Source of the DNA: Chrysomallon squamiferum
Taxonomy: Eukaryota; Animalia; Mollusca
Assembly: GCA_012295275.1 (NCBI GenBank)
Contig: CM022674.1
Span: 6,572,001 to 6,636,000, forward strand
Direction: 5' to 3'
Length of the DNA stretch: 64,000 nt
The notes under the pieces are model-generated. The model was not told where the DNA came from and searched no databases. It was given only the letters and a program-made list of their open reading frames with translations. A program made the translations under genes and the position numbers. Positions 40,087 to 55,142 of the stretch are shown here, piece after piece (position 1 is the first letter of the stretch; every line of letters starts with the position of its first letter).

Positions 40087-43000
40087 TTATTTAATGATTC
40101 AACAATGAACACTCCATTTATGTCGTTATTTCTGTAAGGGAAGTAACTCTAAATAAGTATTCATAAGGTTATTATTACTCTTTGAATTATGGTAGTCAAT
40201 GTTTTCTTACGTTCCGTCAAGATTCTGTTTTACTAAATAAAGTACACTCGTGCAAACACACGCACAAACGCACAATATCATCGCAACAAACTGAGACACA
40301 TACAACAAACGGAATGATTAACATCTTACTATTGTTAAAAATCAAATGAAATGACAACCGTAAAAAAACATAAATATATATATATATTTTTTAAATCTTT
40401 CTTCTTTCATTCAAGGAATCCATCACCAGAAAATAAAACTTCAACGAGAAACAACGAGACTGTGAAAGTGAAGAAAGAATATCTGCTAGAACAGGACACC
40501 TCTTTATTCCACCGCTACACCACGACAGAGACGACGCAGTCGGAACACACGTCGTCATCAACAACGACGACGACAACACTTCCACCGTCGTCGCCCAAAA
40601 CAACAACACAAACGTCTCCGTCTTGCGTAAAAAGTCGTAGCATATCGTCGACGACAGCGTCCGTTCACAGGTCGTCATCTGTGTCGCCATTGATGTCGTC
40701 TCCGATAGCTATGGCTCCTATATTCAGATCCTCATCGGCGTCCCCGTTGATTCACTCTCACAAAACGACGGCGTTGTTTCGGATGTCGCCCACTGACACG
40801 TCCAGCCCTGGCTGCAGTCGCGAACAGCCGCTGGATCTCTCGCTGCTTTGTAAACACGAGAGTTTAGAGACAGCAGCGAGCGACACGGGAGCTAAGTGTC
40901 CACCAAAAGATGGCGGGGAAGAAGCAGAGACTCGACAGTGTGTAACGGTCTCGAACGTGTCTGGGGTCGTAGCTAAAAGTGTCAGTAACGCTGGCTTCCC
41001 GACCAACGAAAACACGTTAATCATGGCCCCGGGCGTGTCGGGACGCTATCACGTGGTCATGACGCCTGGCATGAGCGGCGAATACAGCCTTCTGATGCCG
41101 GTGCCGATGTCGATGCAGTTGCCGACAGTTCTGGCGAGCAATCAACAGCAGAATCCGGTGACGACTGAGAAACAGTCTTCCACTTCTGCTGCAAACGCTG
41201 ATGGGAGAGGAGAGCAGGTGAGTTACTCACAGTTTCAAACAGCAGGAGGGGCTGCCGTCGTCCCATTTGGCATGACGGTGTCGCATCCGCAGACTCTCAG
41301 TGTGTCGTCGGCGTCGTTGTCGTCACAGGTAACGCTGCACCCCCACATGGTTCAGCAGCTGACAACGTCACATCAGAGAGAACAGCAGGTACCCGTGCCG
41401 ATGTCGGTCACACAAACAATGCCACAGTTGTCTTTCCAGCTACAGCAACAACCACAACAACCTCCACGGTTTCAGAAAAATGCTACACGGCTTCCTCAAC
41501 TGTCCGTACAAGATCAGCCAGTACACCAAATACGGCAACAACAACAACAACAACAACAACAGCAGCAGCAGCAGCAGCAACAACAACAACAACAGCACAT
41601 TCCCATTCAAAGTCGACAAATTTCCAATCAGCAAGCACAAACCCCGCAACCAGCACGTCGTGGCCGTAGACCCGGGTCAAGAGGCAGCAAAGCCGCGAAG
41701 CCTCCTGCGGGTATGGGCGAGATGAAGATCATTCAGGAAAACGTGACGTTTCCCGGGGTCTACACGAGCATCCTCAAACTGCCCTGGAGCAGACGGGCTC
41801 GGTACAAGACGCAGGCCGAGAGGGAGTCGAACCAGTCGACGAAAAAAGCCTCCAGCGTCTTGTTTCCAATGGAGTCCGCAGTGACCGTGACGTCACAGCC
41901 CGCCACGACTGGCGCCGAAACGGTCTCTTCCGAGCCGTCGACAACGCAGTCGGTGATGATGGTGTACCCGAACGCGACGATTTCGGCTCTGGGAAAACCC
42001 GTTCGACGAAGAGGTCGGCCTCCCAAGCTTCCTCTCATCTCCCATCTTTTGGCGGAGAAAAATTCACGAACACCGGTTTCCGTTACCCAGGTAACGACAT
42101 CGATCGCCAACCAAGAGGCGGCCAGTATGTTAGCAGACGGCTCGCTTATGTCTTTCCTGAGCAAGGAGAGCATAGGTGCGTCAGTTTTTAATGACGCAAA
42201 AGGAACGAGAAGCAACGGAAACGAAATACACACGGACGTTACCATGGATACAGTTAAGGACAGCGAATATCGGAATTGTGTTAAACTTAACACCGGTCGG
42301 GTGGAAAATAAAACAAACAGCACCTCTGATTCAGCGAGAGAAAAATCAAAAGCCGACGCCATGTATCAGGAAATGATTCTGTCTTCTAGAGAGCTGATCA
42401 GCGTGAAGCCGAGAAAACGTCAGCTGAACGATTACATGAAATCCGAGGATCATTTTCTTTGTTCATCGTTCAAGCTGAAACCTCGGAAACCCAAGCCGTC
42501 GCGCACCGCAGCAGTGGAACTTGCAGAGAGAAGAAAATACACCCTGCCCGAGAAACAAGATAAGGAAAAGGAGTCGTATCTTGTGGGAAAGACTCTGGCT
42601 CTCCTTGCAGCCAAACTTAACCCTCAGACTTTATCGTATGGGTCTGAAAATAAATTAGCCAAAGTGCGCGAGTCTTCAGCTTCTAACTCGGTTTCTAATG
42701 ACAGTGGAATGGATCAAGGTGTGGAAGGTTCTGACAGTAGTTACGTGTCGAAAGAGGAGTCGACATTGATGGCAAAATCCGATGATGAATCTGAAAAAGA
42801 TTCGAGACAGAAGGAGACAATGGAGTTTGAAGTGTTTTGTAAAAACTGTAAAACACAAATGAACTTGTCCGTTCTGGAGTCAGACGTTACAAACGTCAAA
42901 CTTGACGAGATTCTGTGTGAGACGTGCAGTGGAGATGTAAATATCTCTGACGATGCTGGCAACACCAGAGCTAAAATATCATGTGATGTGTGTGGCAGTT

Positions 43001-43557
43001 ACTTCGACACGTCGGCCTCGTTGTGCGAACACCATAAGGACGTCCACAGCAAAGAACAGACCCAAAACGAGGAGTACGACTGCAAGCAGTGCGGCGAAGT
43101 TTTCAGTGACGTCGAATCGCTACGTGCGCACGTGCAGACTCACGGGGGTAACCTAATTAGTTGCGTTCTAGAAGACTGTCCTCATTTCTTTCAATCGCAG
43201 GAGGATCTCGACAAGCACATGAAAGGACACGAAAAGCAGAGACTTTTCTCGTGCGTTTACGACGGGTGCAAGAAAAAGTTCATGAAAAATTCCCACCTCC
43301 AGGAACACGTCAGGGTGAAGCACTTTAACATCCGGGCATTCCATTGCCCCTGGGCTGGTTGCGAGAAACAGTTCGCTGCGGAGAGGCACCTGAAGGTCCA
43401 TCTGCTGATTCACAGAGAAGAGAAACCGCTGGAATGTGAATTCTGTAGCTACAGATGTAGGCAACGAAACGCGCTCAACTGGCACATGAGAAAACATCCC
43501 GAAGCCCCGTTCAAGTACAGAAAATTTGGAATGTTAGGAGCTAACGAAGATACATAA
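39512..43557 (+). CDS. C2H2 zinc-finger transcription factor, ZFP91/ZNF653/ZNF692/ZNF276-like, ~1100 aa
   Basis: Exons 39512-39663 and 40416-43557 (phase 2, consistent). Six C-terminal C2H2 fingers, the last EKPLECEFCSYRCRQRNALNWHMRKH being family-typical. AT-hook RRRGRPPK, CtBP-binding PLDLS, polyQ tract. Confidence 0.85.
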
Positions 43558-44936
43558 CAATATTATTTGTAAAGGACGTTACAGATATAACATTTTAATC
43601 TTGTCTCGTGTTCCACGGAGAATTAATACTTTTGGTGGCAGAGAAACGTTACAAATCAAAACGACGAAATGTCAAAAGAATTTACGTGTAAAATTTCAGT
43701 CTCGTTTTGGAGTTATCCCGGAACGTTAAGAACTCAGGAAGATATATAAAATGAATACTTTAAATGGACTTTACAGTTCTTAATGACGAAATATTTCAAG
43801 GATTTATGAGTTTTGGTGGTATTAATATTTGTGCTTGCAGTACTAAAGGATATTAAAACTCTAATGACGTCACGATACAAATATTTACATTTGTAAGGTT
43901 TTTGTGTCACATGGTAAAATTAGGTTGAGAGTCGTCTGTATAAATACTAGGAAGCACTGAAGAGAAACAAAAAACAGATTTTTCTGGCATAACAAATATT
44001 TCAGTGATAACAAGCATTTACGGCAGTTTTGAAATGAACTGTTATTAATTCTTTAACGATTTTTCTTACCAGGATATATCTCGAGGTTTATTTTACTTAT
44101 GGAGATTTGGATTTTTTAGATTTTTGTGTACGAGTGTGGAATAACATTACTGCTTTTAAGATCTGAATAATATTATTACAGTGAAAAGTGATTTAAATTT
44201 ACGGTTTCGGAAATTTGTTTAATTCAACCGGAAGTGACTTGAAGAAATGTGTTTAATTCTACCGGAAGTGACTGGAACTTATTTGTTTATTGCCGCATGG
44301 AGGTAAAAATTAATGTGTATCACAAAAACGATATATTTATTTTTCTGGAATTGCATTGAACAGTTTAAAATGCAAAACCTTTCTATTTACAGATATTCCG
44401 ATTTCGTATGAAAATGAATTTATATTTTTATATTAAAATAATAATATCAGTATCATCCTGTACCTTTTTTCCTTACGAAATAAATACAAACAATTTCAAT
44501 TTAAGCAGCATATTTCAAACTAAATAACTAAATAACAGTGCAATATTTTTAACGTGCAATATAAAAAAAAAGTGCAATATATTTATACTTTATATAATAT
44601 ATAATTTTTTAAATAAAATAATTTTTGGAAGATTTAAACCATGTTGTACATAACTGACGTATTTGTTGATTAATGTTTTGTAACAATAATAATAATGATA
44701 ATAATAAAAGTAATACAAGTAATATTTTAGTTTTACTTATTTGCTTGAGGAAAATGTGTAGCTAAATAGTGAACAATACCTTGTACCATTTCTAAATCGG
44801 TCGAGTATGTACTTGTGAATAATTATGTATGACGTAACAAGGCTATTGTTATTATGACGTCATTACAAATGGAAGCATAGTTAAAAAGGCACAGTTTGTA
44901 TTTTATATATTATTGTTATTTAAAGGTTTTGTCTTC

Positions 44937-44971
<35 letters not shown>

Positions 44972-45327
44972 TCTTTCATATTAACTGTTCTTTTTTCAAC
45001 TTTAGTTTTCCACGTCCTTTCTTTATTTTTGAAACATTATTTTTTTTTTAGGTTACATACAAAAAATAAAATAAAATAAAATAAAATAAAATATTATTTA
45101 AATTACTAAGATACAGATTACTTTATCAAATGAAAATATTTTTTTTGTTATGGAAAGTGTTTATTAAAAGATTCTAAAATAACTTACAGTGCTAGCAGTA
45201 TGAATATTAAAATCAGAAGTCTGATGCTTTCTATCAAATTAATAGTTCACTGTATGGATACAGTGAGTTTCAGCTGTTAATCTTACCAAAAGACATTACC
45301 AGTTCTTATTAGATATACTGCATTCAT

Positions 45328-45376
<49 letters not shown>

Positions 45377-45584
45377 CATCTTTATTTATATACAAGAGAA
45401 AATGGGGAAAAAGACGAAAAAACTGTTATGATAAAGAAAACACTTTAAAAGAAAAATTTTTATATTTTGTTTATTTTATTGTTATTATTATTATTATTAT
45501 TATTATTTAATTTCTATGAATTCAGAATAATGCACCAAAATGAAATTACAAATCATAAAGGTAAATAAATGAACAAATTAACAG

Positions 45585-45675
45585 CTGAGAAAAGAATCCT
45601 GCTTTCTCCACACTGGGCTGCTTCTAGCAGAAAGCAATCTTTTATCAGCACCTTCCTATAAACAGGAGAATACTT
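45585..45675 (+). mobile_element. Possible degenerate fragment of a short interspersed repeat
   Basis: GC-richer island (cctgctttctccacactgggctgcttctagcagaaagcaatcttttatcagcaccttcctataaacagga) resembling, from memory only, an abundant gastropod interspersed repeat; not verified. Confidence 0.25.
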
Positions 45676-46404
45676 GATACTGTCTTTGATAATCTGATCT
45701 CGTGACAATCTATGTTTAATGTTTATTTTGTGTTGTTTTTATCTGTATACACGTGATGTGAATGAGTGTATGCATCTATATGTTTGAATGTGCATACCAA
45801 TATGTGTATAGCAGTGTGTAGATACTTATTTGTATGTTTATGTGTGCTTGTGCATGAATATGCCTCTTACAAATGTGTTTTTGCTATAAATATGAAAGCA
45901 GTCTTCAGTCTCCACCAGTTATTACCATCTCAGGAAATGTAAAATAATAATAAATAAAAAAAAAAAAAAATATGTCAACCAATAAACACCAAATATTTCA
46001 ACATACAATTTATTTTTTCATTAAAAATGAATTTTATTGATAGTTGACAGACATAAGTTGGGCTACATATTTCAAACAAATGATAATGGCGACTATGTAA
46101 CAATTTCAATATTTAATGTACACAACATCAGAAAATGCAACACTGTTTTCACACACATACTAAAAACATATCCTGGGTAATTTAACAGACTTTCCACTGC
46201 TGAAATTCAACATGTTATGTAGTTGCACCACTGTAAACATACATACACACAGCTTTAAAAATAATAATAATAATAAATTATATGAAAAAAAAAATAATAA
46301 TAATAAAAATTTATATGTATTTTATGAATAGAAATGGTATTTCTGAACAGATTTTTAAAATTTTAATTAGCTCTTACCAAAGATAACATTACACAAACAA
46401 ATAC

Positions 46405-46444
<40 letters not shown>

Positions 46445-46725
46445 CCCACAATTACTTTACTTGGAGGCTTAGACTACATTTAATTTTGCACGTAAAGTTT
46501 AAACAGTGTATATTAGCATTAGATAAAATGTGAGAACATTTATTTCAATATTAATAAAATTTGTTAAAATTGATAAATAATTGATTATGACTGACAATTG
46601 GCTTGAATATTATTTTCACAATATTTTAATCAACAAACACTTTTAAATGATCAAGTCTTAAAATGAAACTTTTTTTCTGATTTTGGCAATAAATAAATAA
46701 ATAATTAATAATAAATGATAAATTA

Positions 46726-46761
<36 letters not shown>

Positions 46762-47633
46762 TAATCACAATAATAGTAATCAAAAAATAATGTAAGTAAA
46801 CCATAAAATAACCTCTCCTTTAATGATAATAGTTATACACCCCAAAAAAATAATAAAATAAAAAAATATTTAAAAATAAAGGAAAAAAAAAATAATAAAT
46901 AAATAAATAAAACAATGCATCTCCAAAAAAAAAAAAAAAAAAACGAGAAAATAAGAATAAAGTACTGACAAACAAGAAATCTAATATATTTAAATAAAGA
47001 ATAGTTACAAATCTGAAATATTAATTTTGCAGAAACATAACTCACTCATAAATTTACAGACAAAACCAGAAAGTTTCTATAGTTAATGAATGAATATTCT
47101 CAATATTTTTTTTTTTTTTTTATTTTGTTTTTTATAATTTAAATAATAATTTGGTTAGTTTTTTTAAATTTCATTGTTATTTTATTTTATTTTATTTTTT
47201 AATTGTTTTATTTAAAGTACAATATCAAATACTAAAAGGTAAATTTAAGAAGAAAAAAAAACAACCTTTTTTCTTTTCAAATAAAGAAACAAAATCTACT
47301 GAATCTGTAGACAATGTTTTATTTTCTGCTTTTTTTATTTTTATTATTTATTATTATTTTTATTATTATCAAAGTATAATCTTCATTTATAATTATACTA
47401 ATTGTTGGGTTTTTTGGTATTTTTTTTTTTAGTTTTTTGTTAATTTAATATGTAATTTTAAAAAAGAAAATAAAATGAATTAAAATAAACATTTCAACAT
47501 ATGGAATGTTAAACAAATGATAATTCTCAAGATGAGAGTTTGTAAATTTCAAAAATTATTCTGTTCCAATATTGACTTCAAGTATTTAGAGATATTAATA
47601 TTCTTTATTATTTATTTATTTTTTACTTTGTTA

Positions 47634-48948
47634 TCAGTCTATCCTATGAACTCTTTTCTTTTTCTTCAACAAAACTTTTGTCTTTGTCTTGTTTCCATAG
47701 TCAGCTGGGCGTGTCACTGGGTGTCGCAGTTCATAGGGGGTGAGAAGAATCACTGACTCATCTTCATGGTCTGAAGTTCTAGCCAACAGAAATAATTAAT
47801 AAAAACAGTTAAGTAAAATAATAACAATAGAAATAATAACTGATAAAAGGATAATAATGAAAATAATAAATATAATAAGAAGAACAAAACAAAAGAATAT
47901 AGAAACAAAAACAACAATAGTAGTAACTAATAATTGCTATAATATTATTGTTTAAGCATATATAAGAAAAAGAAATAAATAACAGCAATTACAAAAAACA
48001 ACCACAATAATAATGAACATAATTTTAATAAAATAAAAAAAATATATATAGAGATATACATAAAGTTTTTAATCAATTAATGAAAGAGAGTTATGACAAC
48101 AGAAAGAATGTAAGAGAGAAAGAACATATAGATGGACAGGTAGCAAAATAAAGAAAGCAGAGACAAACAGAAAAAGAGACAGAGAAAAGGATAAGGAGAG
48201 AAAAGAGAAAAACTATTTGAAAAAAATAAAGATATAGAACAAAAGTGCTAAAAATCAAAGACAATTAAAGTGATGGTGATGGACACACTGATATCTAAAA
48301 AAAAAAAAAAAAAAAAATATTGTTTTAGAAAATCAAAATTTTTTTAAAAAAGCATTCCTACATTTCTTGTTTGTGATCCTTTTTCGGACGACCTCTTGGC
48401 TTGTGGGTACTTGTGGGGACATCTGAAGCACCCCTGTTAGCAGAAGAGGGGAAGATAACTGTGACACAGTCTGTTTTGTTCTTCCTAGGGAATCCCTCCG
48501 AGAACTCTGCCTTGTAATGGGTGGAGAGAAGATGAAAGACTTCAGTGGACTGCCAACATTCTCAGTTTTTTCTTAAAAAAAAAAAAAAAAAATATAATAA
48601 TAATAACTGAAATGTAAATGTGAATATTTTTTATGATGTATTTTCATGAGAAAGAAAGAATTTCATTATAAGCACCCCTGCAACTGAAATGCACATTACT
48701 TAGAGACAAATAAATATATTTGTACATATCTTAATGCTATGCAGTAATGTAATGCACTTCACATATACAAATCAATATAGTTCTTTACATAATAATCACA
48801 TGAAACTTTTGCAATTTGAAACAGTTTATTAAATAATCATATAAACATGAAGATAACAATATTTTAAAAATAATGAAAGTATTTAAATTTTTAAAAAATA
48901 ATAATAAAAAAGCAAATCATAAACATAAAAATGGTAAAAATGTTAATA

Positions 48949-48986
<38 letters not shown>

Positions 48987-51900
48987 TAAAAAGAAAAAAT
49001 AATAAACATTAAAGTAAAATAAAATATAAATAAATAAATAAAAGAAATAAATAAATTATTTAAAGAAATATATTTGTGATAAATAAAATACAGTTAGGAT
49101 GGAGATTACAAATTTTTTAACAAAACTTTTCTGGAAAAGGAAAGAGCAAACTACATCTGCAAGGTTTGTGTTTTGAGAAATGTTTTGCTGTTAAGTTTTA
49201 ATGGGTACACACATGGCAGTACTTACCACATAGTTCTGATTCCATATTTACAGGAGCTGAGAAGCTAAAACTTGGAGAAGATCTACCTACTGCAAAAAAA
49301 AAAAAAAATAATAATAATAATAATAAACAAAATATTGACATTTTCAAGTATTTTCATTCATTTGGCTTAAAACAACAGCAGCAAATATATGTATATATAT
49401 AAAATCATAAAAATATTTTCTGCTTTTTTACTTTTTTAATAAAAATCATAAAAATATCACACCTAATATTAATCAAGATTTTAATTCTTAGGTAAATTCT
49501 CAGGTTCTTAAAAGACTCAGACCTACAAGTTCAGGTAAAACTTAATTTTCAGGTAAACAAATACACAGGTAAGTAAAATATACAGGTGTTAATTTTACTT
49601 GATTCTGATGGTGGTTTGTCATGAGATCGAAGCAAGATTGAAGTTGACAATCGTGATTTTGATGAACCCGATAATTTCTTCTTTCTTCTTGTCTGCTTCT
49701 GTTAGTTAATTAAATTTTAAGAAATTACTTATAAACAGAGCAAAACAAAAATATAAAAGAAAGAATGGATTGATGCATAGATGAAAGAAAGAATGAATGA
49801 ATGAATATTTAATGACATCTTGACACTAAAGTAAATTAATAGTTTTTGTGTATATCAGTGTGATTGTTGTTTATTAAAGACAAGAAATTAAATCTGCTCT
49901 GAGATGCTAAGAGATTATGACAGTGAGTAGCAGTGTCTTGCAAGAAAGTCTGCAGATGAGAAAACACACAAACACACAGATCTACCCAAACAGACAGACA
50001 CACACGCACAAACACACACTTGTGATCAAGTTATTTACTACTGTAATCATACACAAAACCATCAGTACAAGAATTTTTGATGAACAAGATAATTAAATTA
50101 ATCTTTTTATATCAGAATAAAATAAACAGGAGAGAAACCAGTCTCACCTCTAATTCTGTATTATCAGAAGTTCCATGGGAGGAATCAGGTGGAGTCAGTT
50201 GTACAGATGAAATTGTTGACTTTACAGGTGTCGACAAACTGCTCTCTGACTGCAACACAAAAGAATCATACTGGTACAATCATCACCATCATCATATTAC
50301 TGTAGTGGTTATTATCACAAAAATTTAAAAGCTAAGACCAGCACTATTGTTAATGTTGTAATTATAAACATTTTAAAATAATTATTATTATAAATGTATA
50401 AACGTTGATACTACTATTGTATTTCTAATTATGAAGAGACTGATTAGGTGAGCACATGAGAAACATAGAGAAGAAAAGAGAAAAAAGAAAAACAGACATA
50501 GAGAGAGAGGGAGAGGGAGAGGAGAGAGAGAGAGAGAGAGAGAGAGAAACTATTACATACACTTTGTTCCAGTTTTCATTAAATATTTACCTCCGACTCT
50601 TTTTTCTTTCGTCTCATGGTGCTTCGTGTTGGAGATGCAGGTGTGGTGCTATGTCCAGAGCGTGTTTTTCGTGGGACAACATCGGCCTCAACAGGCTCCT
50701 CCCTCTGATCACTGTGTTGCTGTGTGTCAAGAGGATTCCCTGTAAAACGCAGAGACCTTCTCGTAGGCGACGATGGGGTTGCCTCAGTTTCTTAAAAACA
50801 ACAACAAAGAATTTGAAGAAGACAGATATTTTACAACAACAAATGTTAATAGTTATGACTGAGGAAAGTAAATTTATTAGTAATACTAATAGCAGGAATG
50901 AAGTATTTAAAAAAACCCACCAATTAACTCGATTTAAACTGCATTAATTTTCAATTATTTTCTACATAAACCTTAGCTCATAAAATTTCACTGTCAACAT
51001 TTTGTCTTTAAATTAAGAATATTATTTTAACCTCTAAACAATTATTTTGTCATTTAATTGCTAATTTAAGTTAAAAAAAAAAAGGTCATTTTCAAAAAAA
51101 AAATATAATTATAACCAAAATTAAATATTTTCTCCTCCTTGCTACAAAGATGACAGACTTAGAATTACAATTTAAAAAGAATAAATAAAATTAAAAAAAC
51201 GTAAATAAAATTTACTCTTAAGAATTACCTTCAGCAACAGGTGGCAATGGATCTTTTAACTTGGTCAACTGCACTGTATCTTCTGCAGCATCAACAACAT
51301 CATCAACAACCACCATAGCTGGCGAGGCCTGCATCAACTTTCTTGACACACGACGCCCGTCTTGAACGCCCTCGTTTTGAAACCGGTGTTGTCAATGTCT
51401 CGTTTTTTCGGTGATGATGGCGCCATCGCTGACTTTGCTGCTCAACGGAGTCATCGACCTCCTCGCAGAGCGAGTCGACCTGGCAGGGGAGTCGAGGTAG
51501 TTGTCGTCTTCAGACACACTCGACTTCCTGGTTGAGTTTCGCCTCGCTCTCACCGACTTGCTCTTTCTGGGGGGCGTTGACGGGACGTTACTCGTCGCGT
51601 CGGACATTTCATCAGACGATGTCTTAGCCTTCTCTCTCTCCCTCGTTTGTTCTTCTTTCCTTTCGACATGGACCGGTTTCATTCTTCTTTCTCTTCTCTC
51701 CGAATCGACGCAACTCACCGACCGCTCTACAAGATGATTGACGACGTCTATGACATCCTTTGACATCGGGACAGCACTGGTTTCCACGGTCAAAGCAGCG
51801 GTTTCAGCCATTTTGGATTTATTTGGGGGAGATAACCTCGCTGGTTGTAACTCCTGAACTTCGACTTCCATCAAAGTTTCTTTTGTTTTCCTGCACCTAT

Positions 51901-54385
51901 TTCAACATCTCTGACATCATCATCATCATCATCATCATGTTCTTCTACAGCTTTTTTGTCTGCAACAACCACATCATCTTTTCTCTGTTCAGACAAGTCT
52001 TTTTTCTTTTCTGGCTTCCTCACACTAACACCTTCATCTTGGTCATCACTGGAGGCCATTTCCAGTTTCCATTCTTTACTAGGCAAACCTGCGTCTTCCC
52101 TCTCATCTTCAACTGGTTTTGAAAGAGTTATCTTTCCTTTCTCTTCCACACCCTCACTGGTCTTCACGTCCTTCTTAACCAAATTCTCTTCAGCTTCAAT
52201 TTCGGCCTCCAACTGTTCAAACTTGCCTGCAGGCGTCAACAGAAATTTTTCAACATCGCCGACATTGAAGTCCGAGAGGTCAATGGAAGAAGGCAGCGAC
52301 ATCTCTGAGACTGTCAGTTGGCTCTCTGACGTCTTGATGTCGAGTGTATCCATCAGTGATGTGCTGCTTGGTTTCTCTGGCACCGAGTCTGGAAGTTCCT
52401 CTTCGTCGGTTCTTGTTTCCATGGCATCCATGATGACGAATGTTTCTGTGAGATCATCATCATCAGTTACAGAAGTCTGACTAGGCAATTCATGGGTGAC
52501 AACCTCCATTGCTTCTTCTACAAGTTTTAGAATAGGAAGGTTATTACATTAAAAATAAAAAGTATTCAGAAGGGGATTAGTAAAATAATTTAAAATACCT
52601 AATTCTACAGTCTGTGTTTTAGTAAAGATGAAGGTAATTTTAATAAAATAATTTGATATTTATTCTATTTTACACACCTGATTCTGGTCTGTGTTTTAGT
52701 AAAGTTGAAGGTAATTTTAATAAAATAATTTAAAATTTACTCTGTTTTACACACCTAATTCTACAGTCTGTGTTTTAGTAAAGTTGAAGGTAATTTTAAT
52801 AAAATAATTTAAAATTTACTCTGTTTTACACACCTAATTCTACAGTCTGTGTTTTAGTAAAGTTGAAGGTAATTTTAATAAAATAATTTAAAATTTACTC
52901 TGTTTTACACATCTAACTCTACAGTCTGTGTTTTAGTAAAGATGAAGGTAATTTTAATAAAATAATTTAAAATTTACTCTGTTTTACACACCTAATTCTA
53001 CAGTCTGTGTTTTAGTAAAGATGAAGGTAATTTTAATAAAATAATTTAAAATTTACTCTGTTTTACACACCTAATTCTACAGTCTGTGTTTTAGTAAAGT
53101 TGAAGGTAATTTTAATAAAATAATTTAAAATTTACTGTATTTTACACACCTAATTCTACAGTCTGTGTTTTAGTAAAGATGAAGGTAATTTTAATAAAAT
53201 AATTTGATATTTATTCTATTTTACACACCTGATTCTGGTCTGTGTTTTAGTAAAGTTGAAGGTAATTTTAATAAAATAATTTAAAATTTACTCTGTTTTA
53301 CACACCTAATTTACAGTCTGTGTTTTAGTAAAGTTGAAGGTAATTTTAATAAAATAATTTAAAATTTACTCTGTTTTACACATCTAACTCTACAGTCTGT
53401 GTTTTAGTAAAGATGAAGGTAATTTTAATAAAATAATTTAAAATTTACTCTGTTTTACACACCTAATTCTACAGTCTGTGTTTTAGTAAAGATGAAGGTA
53501 ATTTTAATAAAATAATTTAAAATTTACTCTGTTTTACACACCTAATTCTACAGTCTGTGTTTTAGTAAAGTTGAAGGTAATTTTAATAAAATAATTTAAA
53601 ATTTACTGTATTTTACACACCTAATTCTACAGTCTGTGTTTTAGTAAAGATGAAGGTAATTTTAATAAAATAATTTGATATTTATTCTATTTTACACACC
53701 TGATTCTGGTCTGTGTTTTAGTAAAGTTGAAGGTAATTTTAATAAAATAATTTAAAATTTACTCTGTTTTACACACCTAATTCTACAGTCTGTGTTTTAG
53801 TAAAGATGAAGGTAATTTTAATAAAATAATTTAAAATTTACTCTGTTTTACACACCTAATTCTACAGTCTGTGTTTTAGTAAAGTTGAAGGTAATTTTAA
53901 TAAAATAATTTAAAATTTACTGTATTTTACACACCTAATTCTACAGTCTGTGTTTTAGTAAAGATGAAGGTAATTTTAATAAAATAATTTGATATTTATT
54001 CTATTTTACACACCTGATTCTGGTCTGTGTTTTAGTAAAGTTGAAGGTAATTTTAATAAAATAATTTAAAATTTACTCTGTTTTACACACCTAATTCTAC
54101 AGTCTCTGTTTTAGTAAAGTTGAAGGTAATTTCACCGTCACTGTCTGCCAAGACACAAAGAGGTGATTCTGTCACAGGCTGGACTGGAGTTTGTACCAGA
54201 CTGTCTGTTTTTGAAATTAACTTCGGTGTGAGGCTAAATTTAAAATAAAAATATGACAAAATTGTAACATTAAATACAAATACACACAACCATCACACAC
54301 ACACACAAACACACAATTATAAAATGAAAGTTAAACTAAGAAAAAATAATAACAATGAAATAAAAAGGCTAAAATAATAAATAAA

Positions 54386-54479
<94 letters not shown>

Positions 54480-54517
54480 TAATAATAAAATAACAACAAA
54501 CAACAACAATAAAAAAA

Positions 54518-54557
<40 letters not shown>

Positions 54558-55102
54558 TAATAATAATAAATAACAACAAACAAACAACAATAATAAAAAA
54601 ATACATAAATAATAATAATAAATAACCACAAACAAACAACAACAATAATAAAATCACAACATCATCAGAAAGAACAGACGCATATTAACAAAAATATGAC
54701 AAGACCTTTCTGGAGTACGACTGGGATCGTGTAAAAGTTTCGAACTCAGTGGTGGAGTTATCTCCGTCATGTTCAGTTTATCGGGAGTGACGGGTGGAGT
54801 GACCTCCCCTTCCTCGGGTTCAGCAAATCGCAGCTGTTTTGGGATGACACCATCTCCTCCTGCCTCAGAAGCTAATTTAATGTCAGTGATGCTGAATTCA
54901 ACGGTTTTAGAATCGGCGATCTTGGGTGTCTCAGTCAGCTCAGTTCGGATGGTGTGTGTGGGTGTTTTGTTTGCACTTTCTGTTGACGTCTGCTGCTGTT
55001 TGACGTTTGTGGAGATTTCAGGTAACTTCTCCTTACTCGCCATTTTCACATCTAAATCTTTATTAAATGAAAAAGAATTATCTTTACCATGTGTTTAAGA
55101 AA

Positions 55103-55142
<40 letters not shown>

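Noticed and set aside
44220-44280. Two ACCGGAAGTGAC ETS-like motifs
   Set aside because: A ~33-bp local duplication in the probable zinc-finger 3' UTR, with no downstream gene to serve.
52580-54133. CRISPR-like regular array
   Set aside because: No unique spacers; whole 79-bp units repeat, derive from the flanking exon and lie in a eukaryotic intron.
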